Positions 1 through 9,472 of a stretch of 64,000 nucleotides of DNA are shown piece by piece. The position numbers and the translations under genes were made by a program. This DNA comes from a bacterium (GTDB lineage Bacteria; RBG-13-61-14; DATKZS01): positions 256,001 through 320,000 of the forward strand of contig CAXXFL010000001.1 of NCBI GenBank assembly GCA_963674965.2, given 5' to 3'. Position 1 is the stretch's first letter. Each line of letters starts with the position of its first letter. The notes below the pieces were generated by a model. The model did not search any database and had not been told where the DNA came from. It saw only the letters and a program-made list of their open reading frames with translations.

Positions 1-1
1 C

Positions 2-823
2 CTGCGGGCAACGGATTTCGCGGGCAACGTCCGCGCCGTCGGCGGGATATATTTCGACGTGGTCGAGCCGGGGATCAAGAACATAGAGGACCTGGCAAAC
101 TTCCGCTTCCCCGACGCGAGGGACGACAAGCATTACGCGGCGCTCAGAAAGTTCCGGGCCCGGCGACCGGACGTCTGCATTTACGCCAGCAACTTCGGGG
201 TCCAGGACCTGCCCACCTCCCAGATGATGAACATGTCCAACTTCTTGACGTCCATGATCGACTATCCCGACGAGGTAAAAAAGTTCCAGAAAAGATTCGC
301 CGACCACATGATCGGCGTGGGCATACGCCAGATCAAGGCGGGCGCGGACGTCATCTTCATCTACGACGACTACGGCTACACCGGCCGTACCCTCATTTCC
401 ATGGACATGTGGAAGGAATTTACTTATCCCCACTTGAAGCGGATGATAGAAACCTACCATGAGGAGGGCGCCAAGGTGATGCTTCATTCCTGCGGGTACC
501 AGATGCCCTTTTTGGAATATTACGTGGAAGCCGGACTCGACGTGCTCCAGACTTTCCAGCCCAAGGCGGGCAACGATTTCGCCAGGGCTTACGCCGAGTA
601 CGGCGACAGGTTGACCTTCAACACCGGAATCGACATCCAACTCGGAGAAATGATAACGCCGGAGGAACTTCGCCGGTCCATCCTCGAATCCTACCGGATA
701 GGCGGCGGGAACGGCCATCACATCCTGGGCATGACTCACATGCTCCAGTACACGATGCCCGTTGAAAACATGAGGGCACTGTTCGAGACGGTGTGGGAAA
801 TCCAGGCCGGCCGGCATGACTAG
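2..823 (+). CDS. Uroporphyrinogen decarboxylase-fold (MtaA/CmuA-like) methyltransferase, 5' truncated by window edge
   Basis: Frame open from position 2; IYDDYG and LHSCG motifs typical of URO-D/MtaA-family proteins; next to a corrinoid protein gene. Confidence 0.8.
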   Translation: MRATDFAGNVRAVGGIYFDVVEPGIKNIEDLANFRFPDARDDKHYAALRKFRARRPDVCIYASNFGVQDLPTSQMMNMSNFLTSMIDYPDEVKKFQKRFADHMIGVGIRQIKAGADVIFIYDDYGYTGRTLISMDMWKEFTYPHLKRMIETYHEEGAKVMLHSCGYQMPFLEYYVEAGLDVLQTFQPKAGNDFARAYAEYGDRLTFNTGIDIQLGEMITPEELRRSILESYRIGGGNGHHILGMTHMLQYTMPVENMRALFETVWEIQAGRHD

Positions 824-856
824 CCTCGATCTTTTCGGCAAACAAGGAGAGCGCGA

Positions 857-1489
857 ATGGAACGACTAAGAGAATTCGCCAAAACGGGAAAAGCAAAGGA
901 GACGGCGGAACGGGCGCGAGTCTTGCTCGACGAAGGCAAGGAGCCCGACTCCATTATGAAGGGCGCGCTTATCCCGGCCATGGATGAAGTTGGCGATCTT
1001 TTCCAGAAGGGCGAATACTTCGTGCCCGAGATGCTGGTGGCGGCCCGCGCCATGCAGCGGGGCCTGGAAGTCCTGAAGCCCATGCTGGTCGCTTCCGGCG
1101 TCGAGCCCATGGGTAAGGTCCTGGTGGGCACGGTAAAGGGAGACCTTCACGACATTGGCAAGAACCTTGTGGTCATGGCGCTCGAGGGCGCCGGCTTCGA
1201 TGTCATCGACCTTGGCGCCGACGTGCCTCCCGAAAAGTTTGTGGAAGCAATCAAGGAGCACAATCCAAAGGTGGTCGGGCTATCGGCGCTTCTGACCACC
1301 ACAATGCCGGCCATGAAGGACACGGTCGAGGCAATAAAGGCCGCTGGTATTGGCGACCAGGTCAAGATCATGATCGGCGGCGCGCCCCTCCGCCAGGAGT
1401 TCTGCGACGAGATCGGCGCGGACTTCTACGGGCCGGACTCCACGACGGGCCGCAACTATGCCCGCGACGTGGCGACCGGGGAAGCCTGA
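857..1489 (+). CDS. Corrinoid (B12-binding) protein of a methyltransferase system
   Basis: Cap domain (MDEVGDLFQKGEYFVPEML) plus DxHxxG motif GDLHDIGKNLV, SALLTTT and IGGAP; AAGGAG RBS. Confidence 0.95.
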   Translation: MERLREFAKTGKAKETAERARVLLDEGKEPDSIMKGALIPAMDEVGDLFQKGEYFVPEMLVAARAMQRGLEVLKPMLVASGVEPMGKVLVGTVKGDLHDIGKNLVVMALEGAGFDVIDLGADVPPEKFVEAIKEHNPKVVGLSALLTTTMPAMKDTVEAIKAAGIGDQVKIMIGGAPLRQEFCDEIGADFYGPDSTTGRNYARDVATGEA

Positions 1490-1525
1490 TCACTTTATCA
1501 ATAAATTACATTCAGGAGAGGAACC

Positions 1526-2704
1526 ATGGACATTTGGAAAGACCATTCGCAAGAGGCGAAAAAGGAGCGCTGGAAGGCGCTGTGGGCCATGGAGGACCTG
1601 CCCCGGCCCTTGTGGTTTATTCCCGCCACTCCGGTCCTGGCCGTGGCCGCGTCTTGGCTGGTCAAGAAGCGGTCGGTGACGGGACTGTTCATGGACCGTG
1701 ACGTCCAGCTCGAACAGTCGCTCAAGTTCAACCGGTTTTTCGGGCTGGCCCAGCGCTGGTGGTCCCAGGACGACTTCGTGCTTCATCTTCAGCCCCAGAT
1801 GGGGGTCGGCGTCTTCGCCTCCGCCTTCGGCTGCGAGGTCCAGTTCCCCTTGGACCAGATGCCCTGGTCGCGCGCCTTCATCAAGCACGGCGACCCGCCG
1901 GAAAAGGTTTACGAGCTGGAGGAGCCCGAGGCCGACGCGGGCCTGCTCGGGCTGGTCCTCGAGTTCACCGAGCACTTCGAGAAAAAAGCCGGCGGCAAGT
2001 ATCCCATGGCCATGACCGACCTGCAGGGTCCCATGGACACGGCCTACCTGGTGTGGGACTCGATCGATTTCATGGTCGCCATGTACGACAACCCGAGGGA
2101 GGTCCATCATCTGATGAGGATGGTCACCGACCTGATCGTCAAGTTCGTGAAAAAACAGCGAGAGCTGTCAAGAGAGTTCGTGCCCGCCCATTTCCCTCCC
2201 GTCTATCTGCCCGACGGCGGCGGGGTGGTGGTCTCGGAGGACGCCCTGGCCGTGCTCAGCCCCCATCTTTACGAGGAGTTCAGCCTGCCGTACATAAACG
2301 AGCTGTCCGAGGAGTTCGGCGGCATAGTGATCCACTCCTGCGGCAACTTCGAGCACCAACTCCCGGTCCTCCAAAAGGTCCACAACCTGAAGGGAATCAA
2401 CTTCGGCGTTACCGAGACCAGGTTCGAGGCGGTGTGGGACGCCTTCGGCGGCAAGACCTGCGTGATACCCCATTGCAGCGCCGAGACCATCGTCGCGGAC
2501 TTCCGGAACGCCGCCGAGTGGATATCCCACGTCATGAGGCGCAAGACCACCAACAGGGGACTGGCCCTGATGGTCGTTCCCGCGGTGGGGGACGCCCACC
2601 AGATCACCCTGGACGTGGCGCTGGGAAGGAAGACGAATATAAATATGAAAGAGCTTGCCCTGATGGGTCGCAACGTCCGGCGGCTGGTGGAAGGCCGGGC
2701 GTAA
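1526..2704 (+). CDS. URO-D-fold (cobalamin-dependent methyltransferase-like) protein
   Basis: TDLQGPMDTA, VSED..LSP..YEEFSLPY and IHSCG motifs; AGGAG RBS. Confidence 0.8.
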   Translation: MDIWKDHSQEAKKERWKALWAMEDLPRPLWFIPATPVLAVAASWLVKKRSVTGLFMDRDVQLEQSLKFNRFFGLAQRWWSQDDFVLHLQPQMGVGVFASAFGCEVQFPLDQMPWSRAFIKHGDPPEKVYELEEPEADAGLLGLVLEFTEHFEKKAGGKYPMAMTDLQGPMDTAYLVWDSIDFMVAMYDNPREVHHLMRMVTDLIVKFVKKQRELSREFVPAHFPPVYLPDGGGVVVSEDALAVLSPHLYEEFSLPYINELSEEFGGIVIHSCGNFEHQLPVLQKVHNLKGINFGVTETRFEAVWDAFGGKTCVIPHCSAETIVADFRNAAEWISHVMRRKTTNRGLALMVVPAVGDAHQITLDVALGRKTNINMKELALMGRNVRRLVEGRA

Positions 2705-2721
2705 GGATCGGGGGGACGATC

Positions 2722-3846
2722 ATGAAGGATAAAAGACTCGCGGCGCGGCCGGCTTTTCTGATCCCGGCGCTCCTTCTCGCGCTTTCCGCTATCGCGGACC
2801 CCGGGATCAGATATTTCCAAGGCCACGAGAACGGCAAGGTCACCGGGTTCGACAAGACGGACGCGGCCATGTTCCGGGCCTCCGATCTCAAGTCCAAGTA
2901 TTACACCGAGCCGTGGTTCCACGAGATGCAGTTCCCCGACGAGGGCATTATCGTTATCGTGAATTTTCAGCGCCACAACATGGGTTTTTCCAGCGGGTAC
3001 CTCGACGCCTACCTGATGATATCGGACAAGGACAACGACGCCATGATAGAGCAGTGGTCCGGCAAGTCGGGCGACGTCAAGATCGCGGATACGGGTTTCA
3101 AGATAGTAGCCGGCCCTCACCTCATGAAGCTGGAGAAAGATACATATCGGGTCAGGTTCGAGGGCAAGGACATGAAGGCCGACGTGACCTATAAAATCCT
3201 GATCCCGAGCTTCCAGCAGGGCGACGGCAAGGTGGTCTTTAAAGACGGGGAGTTCGTTAGATACAACTTCCCCATCCCCTGGGCCGAGGTCTCGGGGACC
3301 TTGACCTATAAGGGCAAGACCCGGAAAGTGAAAGGCAACGGCTCTATGAACCACGACCTGCAGGACCTCTCGCCCCTTAAATTCCCCACCAGGTGGAGGG
3401 CCCTTTGGGCTTACGGCGAGGACATGACCGTGTCCATGGTCAACTGTTCGGCCGCCGACTTCAAGGGCGAGTGGGCCATGAGGCTGATGGTGGCGGAAAA
3501 AGGCAAGATACTCTTCTCGTCTCACGATTTCACCCTCAAGGGCGAGGACTTTCAGCCGGTCCCAGGCGGGAACGTGCCCATGCCCATGAAGTTCGCCATC
3601 GAGGCCGTCCACGGAGACTCCTGGCTGAAAGGCGGCTACAAGGTCGTCAGGGTCCAGGAAAAAAAGAACGCCCTCGACGAGGCCCCCTCCTTCCTGAGGC
3701 CGCTGGCCAGTCTCGTCATCTCCGAAATGTGGAGCTACCGCTACTGGATGGACTATGAGTTCGAGTTCCACCAGGACGGACAAACCAGGACCGTCAAGGG
3801 AAGGGGAGTGGCCAACTACGTCGATTCCGTCGACGCCAAGGAGTGA
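2722..3846 (+). CDS. Exported Svf1/AttH/CrtC-like lipocalin-fold protein
   Basis: ATG at 2722 after a G-rich RBS; signal peptide; beta-rich pattern YYTEPWF..., PWAEVSGTLTYKGKTRKVKGNGSMNHD. Confidence 0.55.
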   Translation: MKDKRLAARPAFLIPALLLALSAIADPGIRYFQGHENGKVTGFDKTDAAMFRASDLKSKYYTEPWFHEMQFPDEGIIVIVNFQRHNMGFSSGYLDAYLMISDKDNDAMIEQWSGKSGDVKIADTGFKIVAGPHLMKLEKDTYRVRFEGKDMKADVTYKILIPSFQQGDGKVVFKDGEFVRYNFPIPWAEVSGTLTYKGKTRKVKGNGSMNHDLQDLSPLKFPTRWRALWAYGEDMTVSMVNCSAADFKGEWAMRLMVAEKGKILFSSHDFTLKGEDFQPVPGGNVPMPMKFAIEAVHGDSWLKGGYKVVRVQEKKNALDEAPSFLRPLASLVISEMWSYRYWMDYEFEFHQDGQTRTVKGRGVANYVDSVDAKE

Positions 3847-4001
3847 CCATTTCCCCCGCGGGCACTAGCCGGCCTCGCGGGGCGATGAGACGGGAGATCG
3901 AAATATCCAACGCGCGCCATGTGAAGCGCGGACTTCTCTGATATGATTCTCGCGGGGCCCTCATCAACGCGGGCCGCCCTTATATCGAAATAATCAAAGG
4001 A

Positions 4002-5756
4002 ATGATCGGCGCTATGAATTCAATAAAAACCATTTTCACGGCCGCGTCCCTGACGTTGGCCATGGCGTTTTTTACCGGTCCGGGTCTCGCGGATGGACCC
4101 GCCGCCGCGTCCCCTTCCGGGGAGGCCCGATCATTTGTCGCGGTGGACGTTCCGCCCGGGACCGATCCGGCCGTCAAGATCGCCGCGCAGGCGTGCGCCG
4201 GTCTTATGAACCGCGAGTCCGGAGGCTCCGTCTATACCCGGATGAATGAAAAGGACGACATGTGGCTGACGGAACTTGGCCTCGCGCCGGATGAAATACT
4301 AAGCGCCGATGATTTCCTTGATACGTGCCTGGCAAAGTTCCCCCGCGGCGCGCTGTACTCGTATCGCGAGCAGAGAGAGTTGCTTCCCAACATCCTGACC
4401 GTGGCCGCGGCGCTCGAGGCCATACCCCTGGACGAGGAAATGGGGACCCAGCTCGAGAACGTCGCGTTTGACGCCAGGAAAGAGTTTAAAGAGTTGAACA
4501 CCCCATATCTGGCCACCAGGCGCGTGTATGAAAACTACGTGAACCAAACCGCGGGGCTCGCCATGCTCAACCCCGGATACCGGGACTCTGGAGCAAAGGA
4601 CTGGGACCCCGAAATCGCGAGAGACATGGACCCGTCCATGATCGATTTCGTTTTCTCGGAAAAGCTGTTCGTCGCCTTCCTGGTAAACGGCTGCATAAAA
4701 GGAACGCGCCAGCACGCGCTACTGAACGATATCGCGAGCCAAAACCCCTGGCCCAAGCCCATCGGCGTCTACGGGTACGCGAGTTACTGGAAGGTATTCG
4801 GCGGATACCTCTTCGAGGCCCAGACCACCTGCGCCGACTCGAGGAACATGGGCGCCATTCCCACTACCGTCAACAACCTGTCATTTTTCTCCACCCGGCG
4901 AAGGCCGATCGTCAAAGCCGGAGAGCTGACGCCGAACGAGCCGGAGCGCGTCGAATATGATCCTGACAAAACCTACGTCGCCTTCGTGGTGGGCGACGGG
5001 GACAATATCGCCTTTATCATGGACGCCCGCGCCGATTGGCTCCGCCGCCGGGTCCGGGCCTGCCGGGAGGATGAAAATTCATGCCCGCCGCTTACCTGGT
5101 CCATTTCTCCCCACCTCGTTCGCCTCGCGCCCGACGTGATCGAGTGGTATTACGAGACGAGCCGCGAGACCGGCAAGGATTACTTCATGCTCCCGCCCAG
5201 CGGCCACCTGTACTCCTATCCCGCGTCCATGGAGGAGACGGCCATGCAGGACATGTTCGTCGCCGCAACGGAAAATGACGCCCGCCTTCTCGGGACGATG
5301 AGTACGGTGCATTGGGAGTGGTTCAACAAATGGACCCGGGCCGAGAAGGACTTCCTGCCCAGGTACGCCAAAAGGGACGGGGCCATCCGGGGCGTCTTCC
5401 CCGTCAACGTGCCCTATATGTTCCCGACCTTCACCTGGGAGGACGGCCAATTCTTCAAGGTGCTCGACGGCGGCGGCGGCGAGGTAGTCCTGTTCCGCCC
5501 AAGGGAGTGGAGAGGGGTCGATGAAGCAAGGGGCGCGTTTATGGACAGGAAGTTCTATCTTCGTCCCGAGGCCATGGCCCAAGAGCTCCGCGACTACCCG
5601 CGAGGTACCGTCACGGCGATTTACATGACCAGCGACGGCGGCCTCGACCTGGACAACTCCCTCATGGAACTGATCAAGATACTCCCCGAGCGCGTCCGCC
5701 TCATAAGCGGCGACGCCGCCGTTCGCCTCGCCCTCGAGGCCCGGGGCCGGGAATGA
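4002..5756 (+). CDS. GxGYxYP-family putative glycoside hydrolase, exported
   Basis: Signal peptide; AFVVGDGDNI, PLTWSISP and SGHLYSYP (variant GxGYxYP) motifs. Confidence 0.7.
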   Translation: MIGAMNSIKTIFTAASLTLAMAFFTGPGLADGPAAASPSGEARSFVAVDVPPGTDPAVKIAAQACAGLMNRESGGSVYTRMNEKDDMWLTELGLAPDEILSADDFLDTCLAKFPRGALYSYREQRELLPNILTVAAALEAIPLDEEMGTQLENVAFDARKEFKELNTPYLATRRVYENYVNQTAGLAMLNPGYRDSGAKDWDPEIARDMDPSMIDFVFSEKLFVAFLVNGCIKGTRQHALLNDIASQNPWPKPIGVYGYASYWKVFGGYLFEAQTTCADSRNMGAIPTTVNNLSFFSTRRRPIVKAGELTPNEPERVEYDPDKTYVAFVVGDGDNIAFIMDARADWLRRRVRACREDENSCPPLTWSISPHLVRLAPDVIEWYYETSRETGKDYFMLPPSGHLYSYPASMEETAMQDMFVAATENDARLLGTMSTVHWEWFNKWTRAEKDFLPRYAKRDGAIRGVFPVNVPYMFPTFTWEDGQFFKVLDGGGGEVVLFRPREWRGVDEARGAFMDRKFYLRPEAMAQELRDYPRGTVTAIYMTSDGGLDLDNSLMELIKILPERVRLISGDAAVRLALEARGRE

Positions 5757-5927
5757 ACCTTGTCCCTCAATCTTTTATTGTAACTGAACTGGACTGAAAA
5801 AGCTTTAACTTGTACCTAATATAAACCTTGGGCAAAAACCATTGTACAGACCTTATGGAACTGATATTATTCCCAAGAGGAAGAATGTAATATGCATTTC
5901 GAATACCAAACGTCAAAGAGGGACAAT

Positions 5928-7325
5928 ATGCAGATTCCATTTTTGCTGGTTGTGTTAACGCTGTTGATTGTATTTGGTCTCGTTGGATTCGTGGCCTGGA
6001 AAAAATATTCCTGGCCATTGTCAGGAAAAGAGCCTCCAGTACTCTCCGGAAAAGTTATAAGAGAGCACGTGTCATTTGAATTTATAGTATGCCTGCTTCC
6101 TTCTTCTGATAAAGACCCACTTTCAGTGTTTGAGGCTCTGTTGGAGAATCAATATTTCGATTTTGAAAAAGTCGACGAAATCATCGCGGAACCAGAACGC
6201 GCCATTATATTACCGACGAAATTTGACGGAAACACCAATCCATTTACTCCGCCGGACCTGGGGTATATTAAACTTTTTGGCCGTGGAGTAAGCGAGGATC
6301 AGGCGGCCGAACTACAGCGGAGTAACCGGGCTCTGGCGCTAATGTTCTTCCATCCCCGCCATGAAGTTTTTAAGGCGCTTAAAGCGGCCAATAGTATGGT
6401 ATATGACATTGCCGCCGAATGTGATGGACTGATTATCGACAACGAAGCTAGGCAGATATTCACTCCCGATGAATGGAGAAAAACAAGGATAGAAGACTGG
6501 AGAGAACAATTTCCAGACGTGAGTAATCATATGACCATGCACGCCTATCAGGATGGTGAATATATCAGGACCATTACTCTTGGGATGGCGAAATTCGGAC
6601 TTCCGGATGTCGTGATAAACCAGACTTCAAGATCTCATGGTATCCAGGTTGGCAATCTTATCAACCTTTTTTGTCAATGCATGGTCGAGGGGGCCGAGTT
6701 TGAACTTGAGGGTGATTATATTCTCAATGTTTTGAGGATAAAAAATAGGGCCATGAGAAAGGCACTCAAAGAGTACTTGATAAGAAATGCCACCGCTAGA
6801 GCGAACATAGTACTTAGGAAAGGCAAGTGGGAAGAAGGCGACCCGGACAACGGAATCGTAGAGATATGCTTTGACCGTTACTCGGGAAAGGACCCACAGG
6901 CGAAACAGGAAGCATTGTTCAGCGAACTGTTTGGATGGGAAGATTCATTGTTCAACGTTGCCCATGAAGGTGAATTGGAAGCGGCAAGTCAAAGAGCTAA
7001 GGAGAAATTGTCCGAAGTGCGCGCCAAATTTCAGAATGACATGAAACCAGGCGACCTAATCATGGTAAAAGCGCCGTTTAATGATCGGGACGGGGGCCAT
7101 GAGTGGATGTGGGTTGAGGTAATAAGATGGGAAGAGAACGATATCCAAGGCCTGTTAAGAAATCAGCCGTTTCACGTGCCTGATCTTCAAGCGGGACAGC
7201 GGGTGGAAGTAAACCAGGATGATATATTTGACTATCTGATTCAATATCGTGATGGGACTCAGGAAGGAAATGAAACAAGCGAAATCATTGAAAGGAATAG
7301 TAAATACACAGAACGTCAGAAGTAA
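5928..7325 (+). CDS. DUF2314 (YegJ-like) domain membrane-anchored protein, low GC
   Basis: N-terminal TM helix; TLGMAKFGLPD; C-terminal VKAPF..GHEWMWVEV..GLLRNQP; AT-richer than its flanks. Confidence 0.75.
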   Translation: MQIPFLLVVLTLLIVFGLVGFVAWKKYSWPLSGKEPPVLSGKVIREHVSFEFIVCLLPSSDKDPLSVFEALLENQYFDFEKVDEIIAEPERAIILPTKFDGNTNPFTPPDLGYIKLFGRGVSEDQAAELQRSNRALALMFFHPRHEVFKALKAANSMVYDIAAECDGLIIDNEARQIFTPDEWRKTRIEDWREQFPDVSNHMTMHAYQDGEYIRTITLGMAKFGLPDVVINQTSRSHGIQVGNLINLFCQCMVEGAEFELEGDYILNVLRIKNRAMRKALKEYLIRNATARANIVLRKGKWEEGDPDNGIVEICFDRYSGKDPQAKQEALFSELFGWEDSLFNVAHEGELEAASQRAKEKLSEVRAKFQNDMKPGDLIMVKAPFNDRDGGHEWMWVEVIRWEENDIQGLLRNQPFHVPDLQAGQRVEVNQDDIFDYLIQYRDGTQEGNETSEIIERNSKYTERQK

Positions 7326-7572
7326 ATTCGAATAGATGCAAAAAAACGCGCAATCAAGGCGATCATGCGCAAAAATAAAAGACGCACCGTATAGTTCGTA
7401 TGCCGGGAGGGAATCACGCAGTTTCCGCTGAACCGTGTGGGCCATCACCCATCGAAAGAGGGTTTTGAGGATTGGCGGATTTTAAGTTGAAACCGCGCCG
7501 CCGCCTCACCCCCGTCCGCTTGACCCTTCCAGCCTCCGGTTGCTAGACTTGGCCTTACTTCCTGGGAGGGAA

Positions 7573-9189
7573 ATGAAAATGAACAAAGGCGCGTGGACGA
7601 TTATCCTTATTTGGGCGGCGGTCTGGTGTTGTGACCTCGCGGCAAGGGCCGATGACCAGTGCGAGGAGCCGGTCGCGACCGCGTCGGGCCTGGTGCGGGG
7701 AACGGACGCCGAGACCCCCGGCGCGTGCGCGTGGCGCGGCATCCCCTTTGCCGAGCCCCCCGCGGGCGAGCTGCGCTGGAAAGCCCCCCGGCTCGCGCCG
7801 GCCTGGTCCGGCGTTCGCGAGACGACGGAATTCGGCCCCATGTGCGTACAAAACGTGCCCGGCCCCCTGGTGAAGCTCGAGAGCAAGGCGGGCATGTCCG
7901 AGGACTGCCTTTATTTGAACGTCTGGCGCCCGAAAAAATCGGGCCAGTTCCCGGTCATGGTCTGGATTCACGGCGGGGGCTACACCATAGGAGTGTCGTC
8001 CACCCCCATGTACTGGGGCGACCGCCTGGCCGCGGAGGGCGACGTGGTAGTGGTTTCCACCAACTACCGCCTGAACCTCTTCGGGTTCTTCTCGAGTCCG
8101 GCGCTCCTCTCGGAGGACCCGAACCAGTCCACCGGGAATTACGCCTTCCTCGACCAGGTGGCCGCCCTTGAATGGGTGCGGGACAACATCGAGAATTTCG
8201 GCGGAGACCCGGACAACGTGACCATCTTCGGGGAATCCGCGGGAGGACTCTCCGTGTGCACCCTTTACGCGACCCCCATCGCCAGGGGACTGTTCCATCG
8301 GGCGATCATCGAGAGCGGCGGCTGCGGCTTGAGCGAGGACCTGGGCCTGGGCTACCAAAACGCGAGACTGACCGCGGACAAGGTCGGGTGCGGCCTCGAG
8401 GATCTCGAGTGCCTGCGAGCGCTTCCCGCGAGAAAGCTCATCGCCGCCATGCCCAAGGGGATGGCCAGAAACGGCAACGTTCCCCACCACGACGGCCACG
8501 TTTTAACCGGAACCCCACTCTCCATGATCCGGGAAGGAAACTATAACCGCGTCCCCCTCCTGGCCGGCTACAACCGCGAGGAATTCGCGAACATGCTCAA
8601 GCTTTATCCGAAAATCAAGTACACCCGGCCCAGGGACTACGAGAAAAAACTGGTGGAAGGGGGTATGATGTCGCCGGAGACGGCCTCCGATTTCGCCCGG
8701 CTCTATCCGCTCGGCGAGTACCAGAATCGCCCGGTCGTGGCATACGGCCACGCCTTCGCGGTGGATAACTTCTTCGCCTGCAGTACCCACGACGGCCTGG
8801 TCTCGGCGTCTGGGCAAGGGACCCCGACCTGGTTCTACCGCTTCGACTACGACCACATGCGCTTTGGCAAGTACTTCGGGGCGGCCCATTCCTTCGAGAT
8901 ACCCTTCGTGTTCGACAACTTCGACCGCATGCCCATGAACGCCTTTTACAACGACAAGAACGTGGTCCCCGCGAGGGAGTTGTCCAAGACCATGCAGGCC
9001 TACTGGGTGAACTTCGCCAAGACCGGAAACCCCAACGGCCCCGGCCTTCCGGAGTGGCCCGAGTTCTCAGCCGAGTCTCCCCGACTCCAGGTTTTCGATT
9101 ACGACGTCCGCGCCGAGGACGTCGGGCTCTCCGACCGTTGCGCCTTCTGGGCCGACCACCCCATGGAGCAAATGCCGGACCTGAAATAG
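7573..9189 (+). CDS. Carboxylesterase type B family, exported
   Basis: SEDCLYLNVW, WIHGGG oxyanion hole, GESAG nucleophile, AAHSFE catalytic His; signal peptide; GGAGG RBS. Confidence 0.95.
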   Translation: MKMNKGAWTIILIWAAVWCCDLAARADDQCEEPVATASGLVRGTDAETPGACAWRGIPFAEPPAGELRWKAPRLAPAWSGVRETTEFGPMCVQNVPGPLVKLESKAGMSEDCLYLNVWRPKKSGQFPVMVWIHGGGYTIGVSSTPMYWGDRLAAEGDVVVVSTNYRLNLFGFFSSPALLSEDPNQSTGNYAFLDQVAALEWVRDNIENFGGDPDNVTIFGESAGGLSVCTLYATPIARGLFHRAIIESGGCGLSEDLGLGYQNARLTADKVGCGLEDLECLRALPARKLIAAMPKGMARNGNVPHHDGHVLTGTPLSMIREGNYNRVPLLAGYNREEFANMLKLYPKIKYTRPRDYEKKLVEGGMMSPETASDFARLYPLGEYQNRPVVAYGHAFAVDNFFACSTHDGLVSASGQGTPTWFYRFDYDHMRFGKYFGAAHSFEIPFVFDNFDRMPMNAFYNDKNVVPARELSKTMQAYWVNFAKTGNPNGPGLPEWPEFSAESPRLQVFDYDVRAEDVGLSDRCAFWADHPMEQMPDLK

Positions 9190-9378
9190 CGATCGAGGAT
9201 TCGGAAAATTCAGGCACGGTATTTATTTCCCTTTGAAACTCTTGACGCGGGGTAACAAATGCTAGAGGTTTGGACTGTAATGTGGAAATTGAATGATTCC
9301 GGGTGATGTGGCGGGAGCGGGTTGTGGGGGTTGGTGGATTTTTTCGTGGAAAAGCACTGGTAAGGATGGCTGGTGGGG

Positions 9379-9414
9379 TATGGCAGGCCCGTCCCACAGC
9401 GGCACCCTGCCATA
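9379..9414. repeat. 9-bp-stem inverted repeat between convergent genes (terminator or REP-like remnant)
   Basis: TATGGCAGG...CCTGCCATA. Confidence 0.4.
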
Positions 9415-9472
9415 TGACGATATTTTATGTACTATATATACGGATAAAATGGGATAGTGTCCCCCGATTTGA

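Noticed and set aside
1759..2721. N-terminal 321 aa of the 695-aa ORF 1759..3846
   Set aside because: Arg/Gly-rich shadow frame over the URO-D gene; the real start is the ATG at 2722 with RBS and signal peptide
3847..4001. Possible cobalamin riboswitch near the corrinoid genes
   Set aside because: No recognisable B12-box or conserved core
7330..7440. Integron attC site
   Set aside because: Could not identify paired R and L boxes; no intact integron integrase in the window
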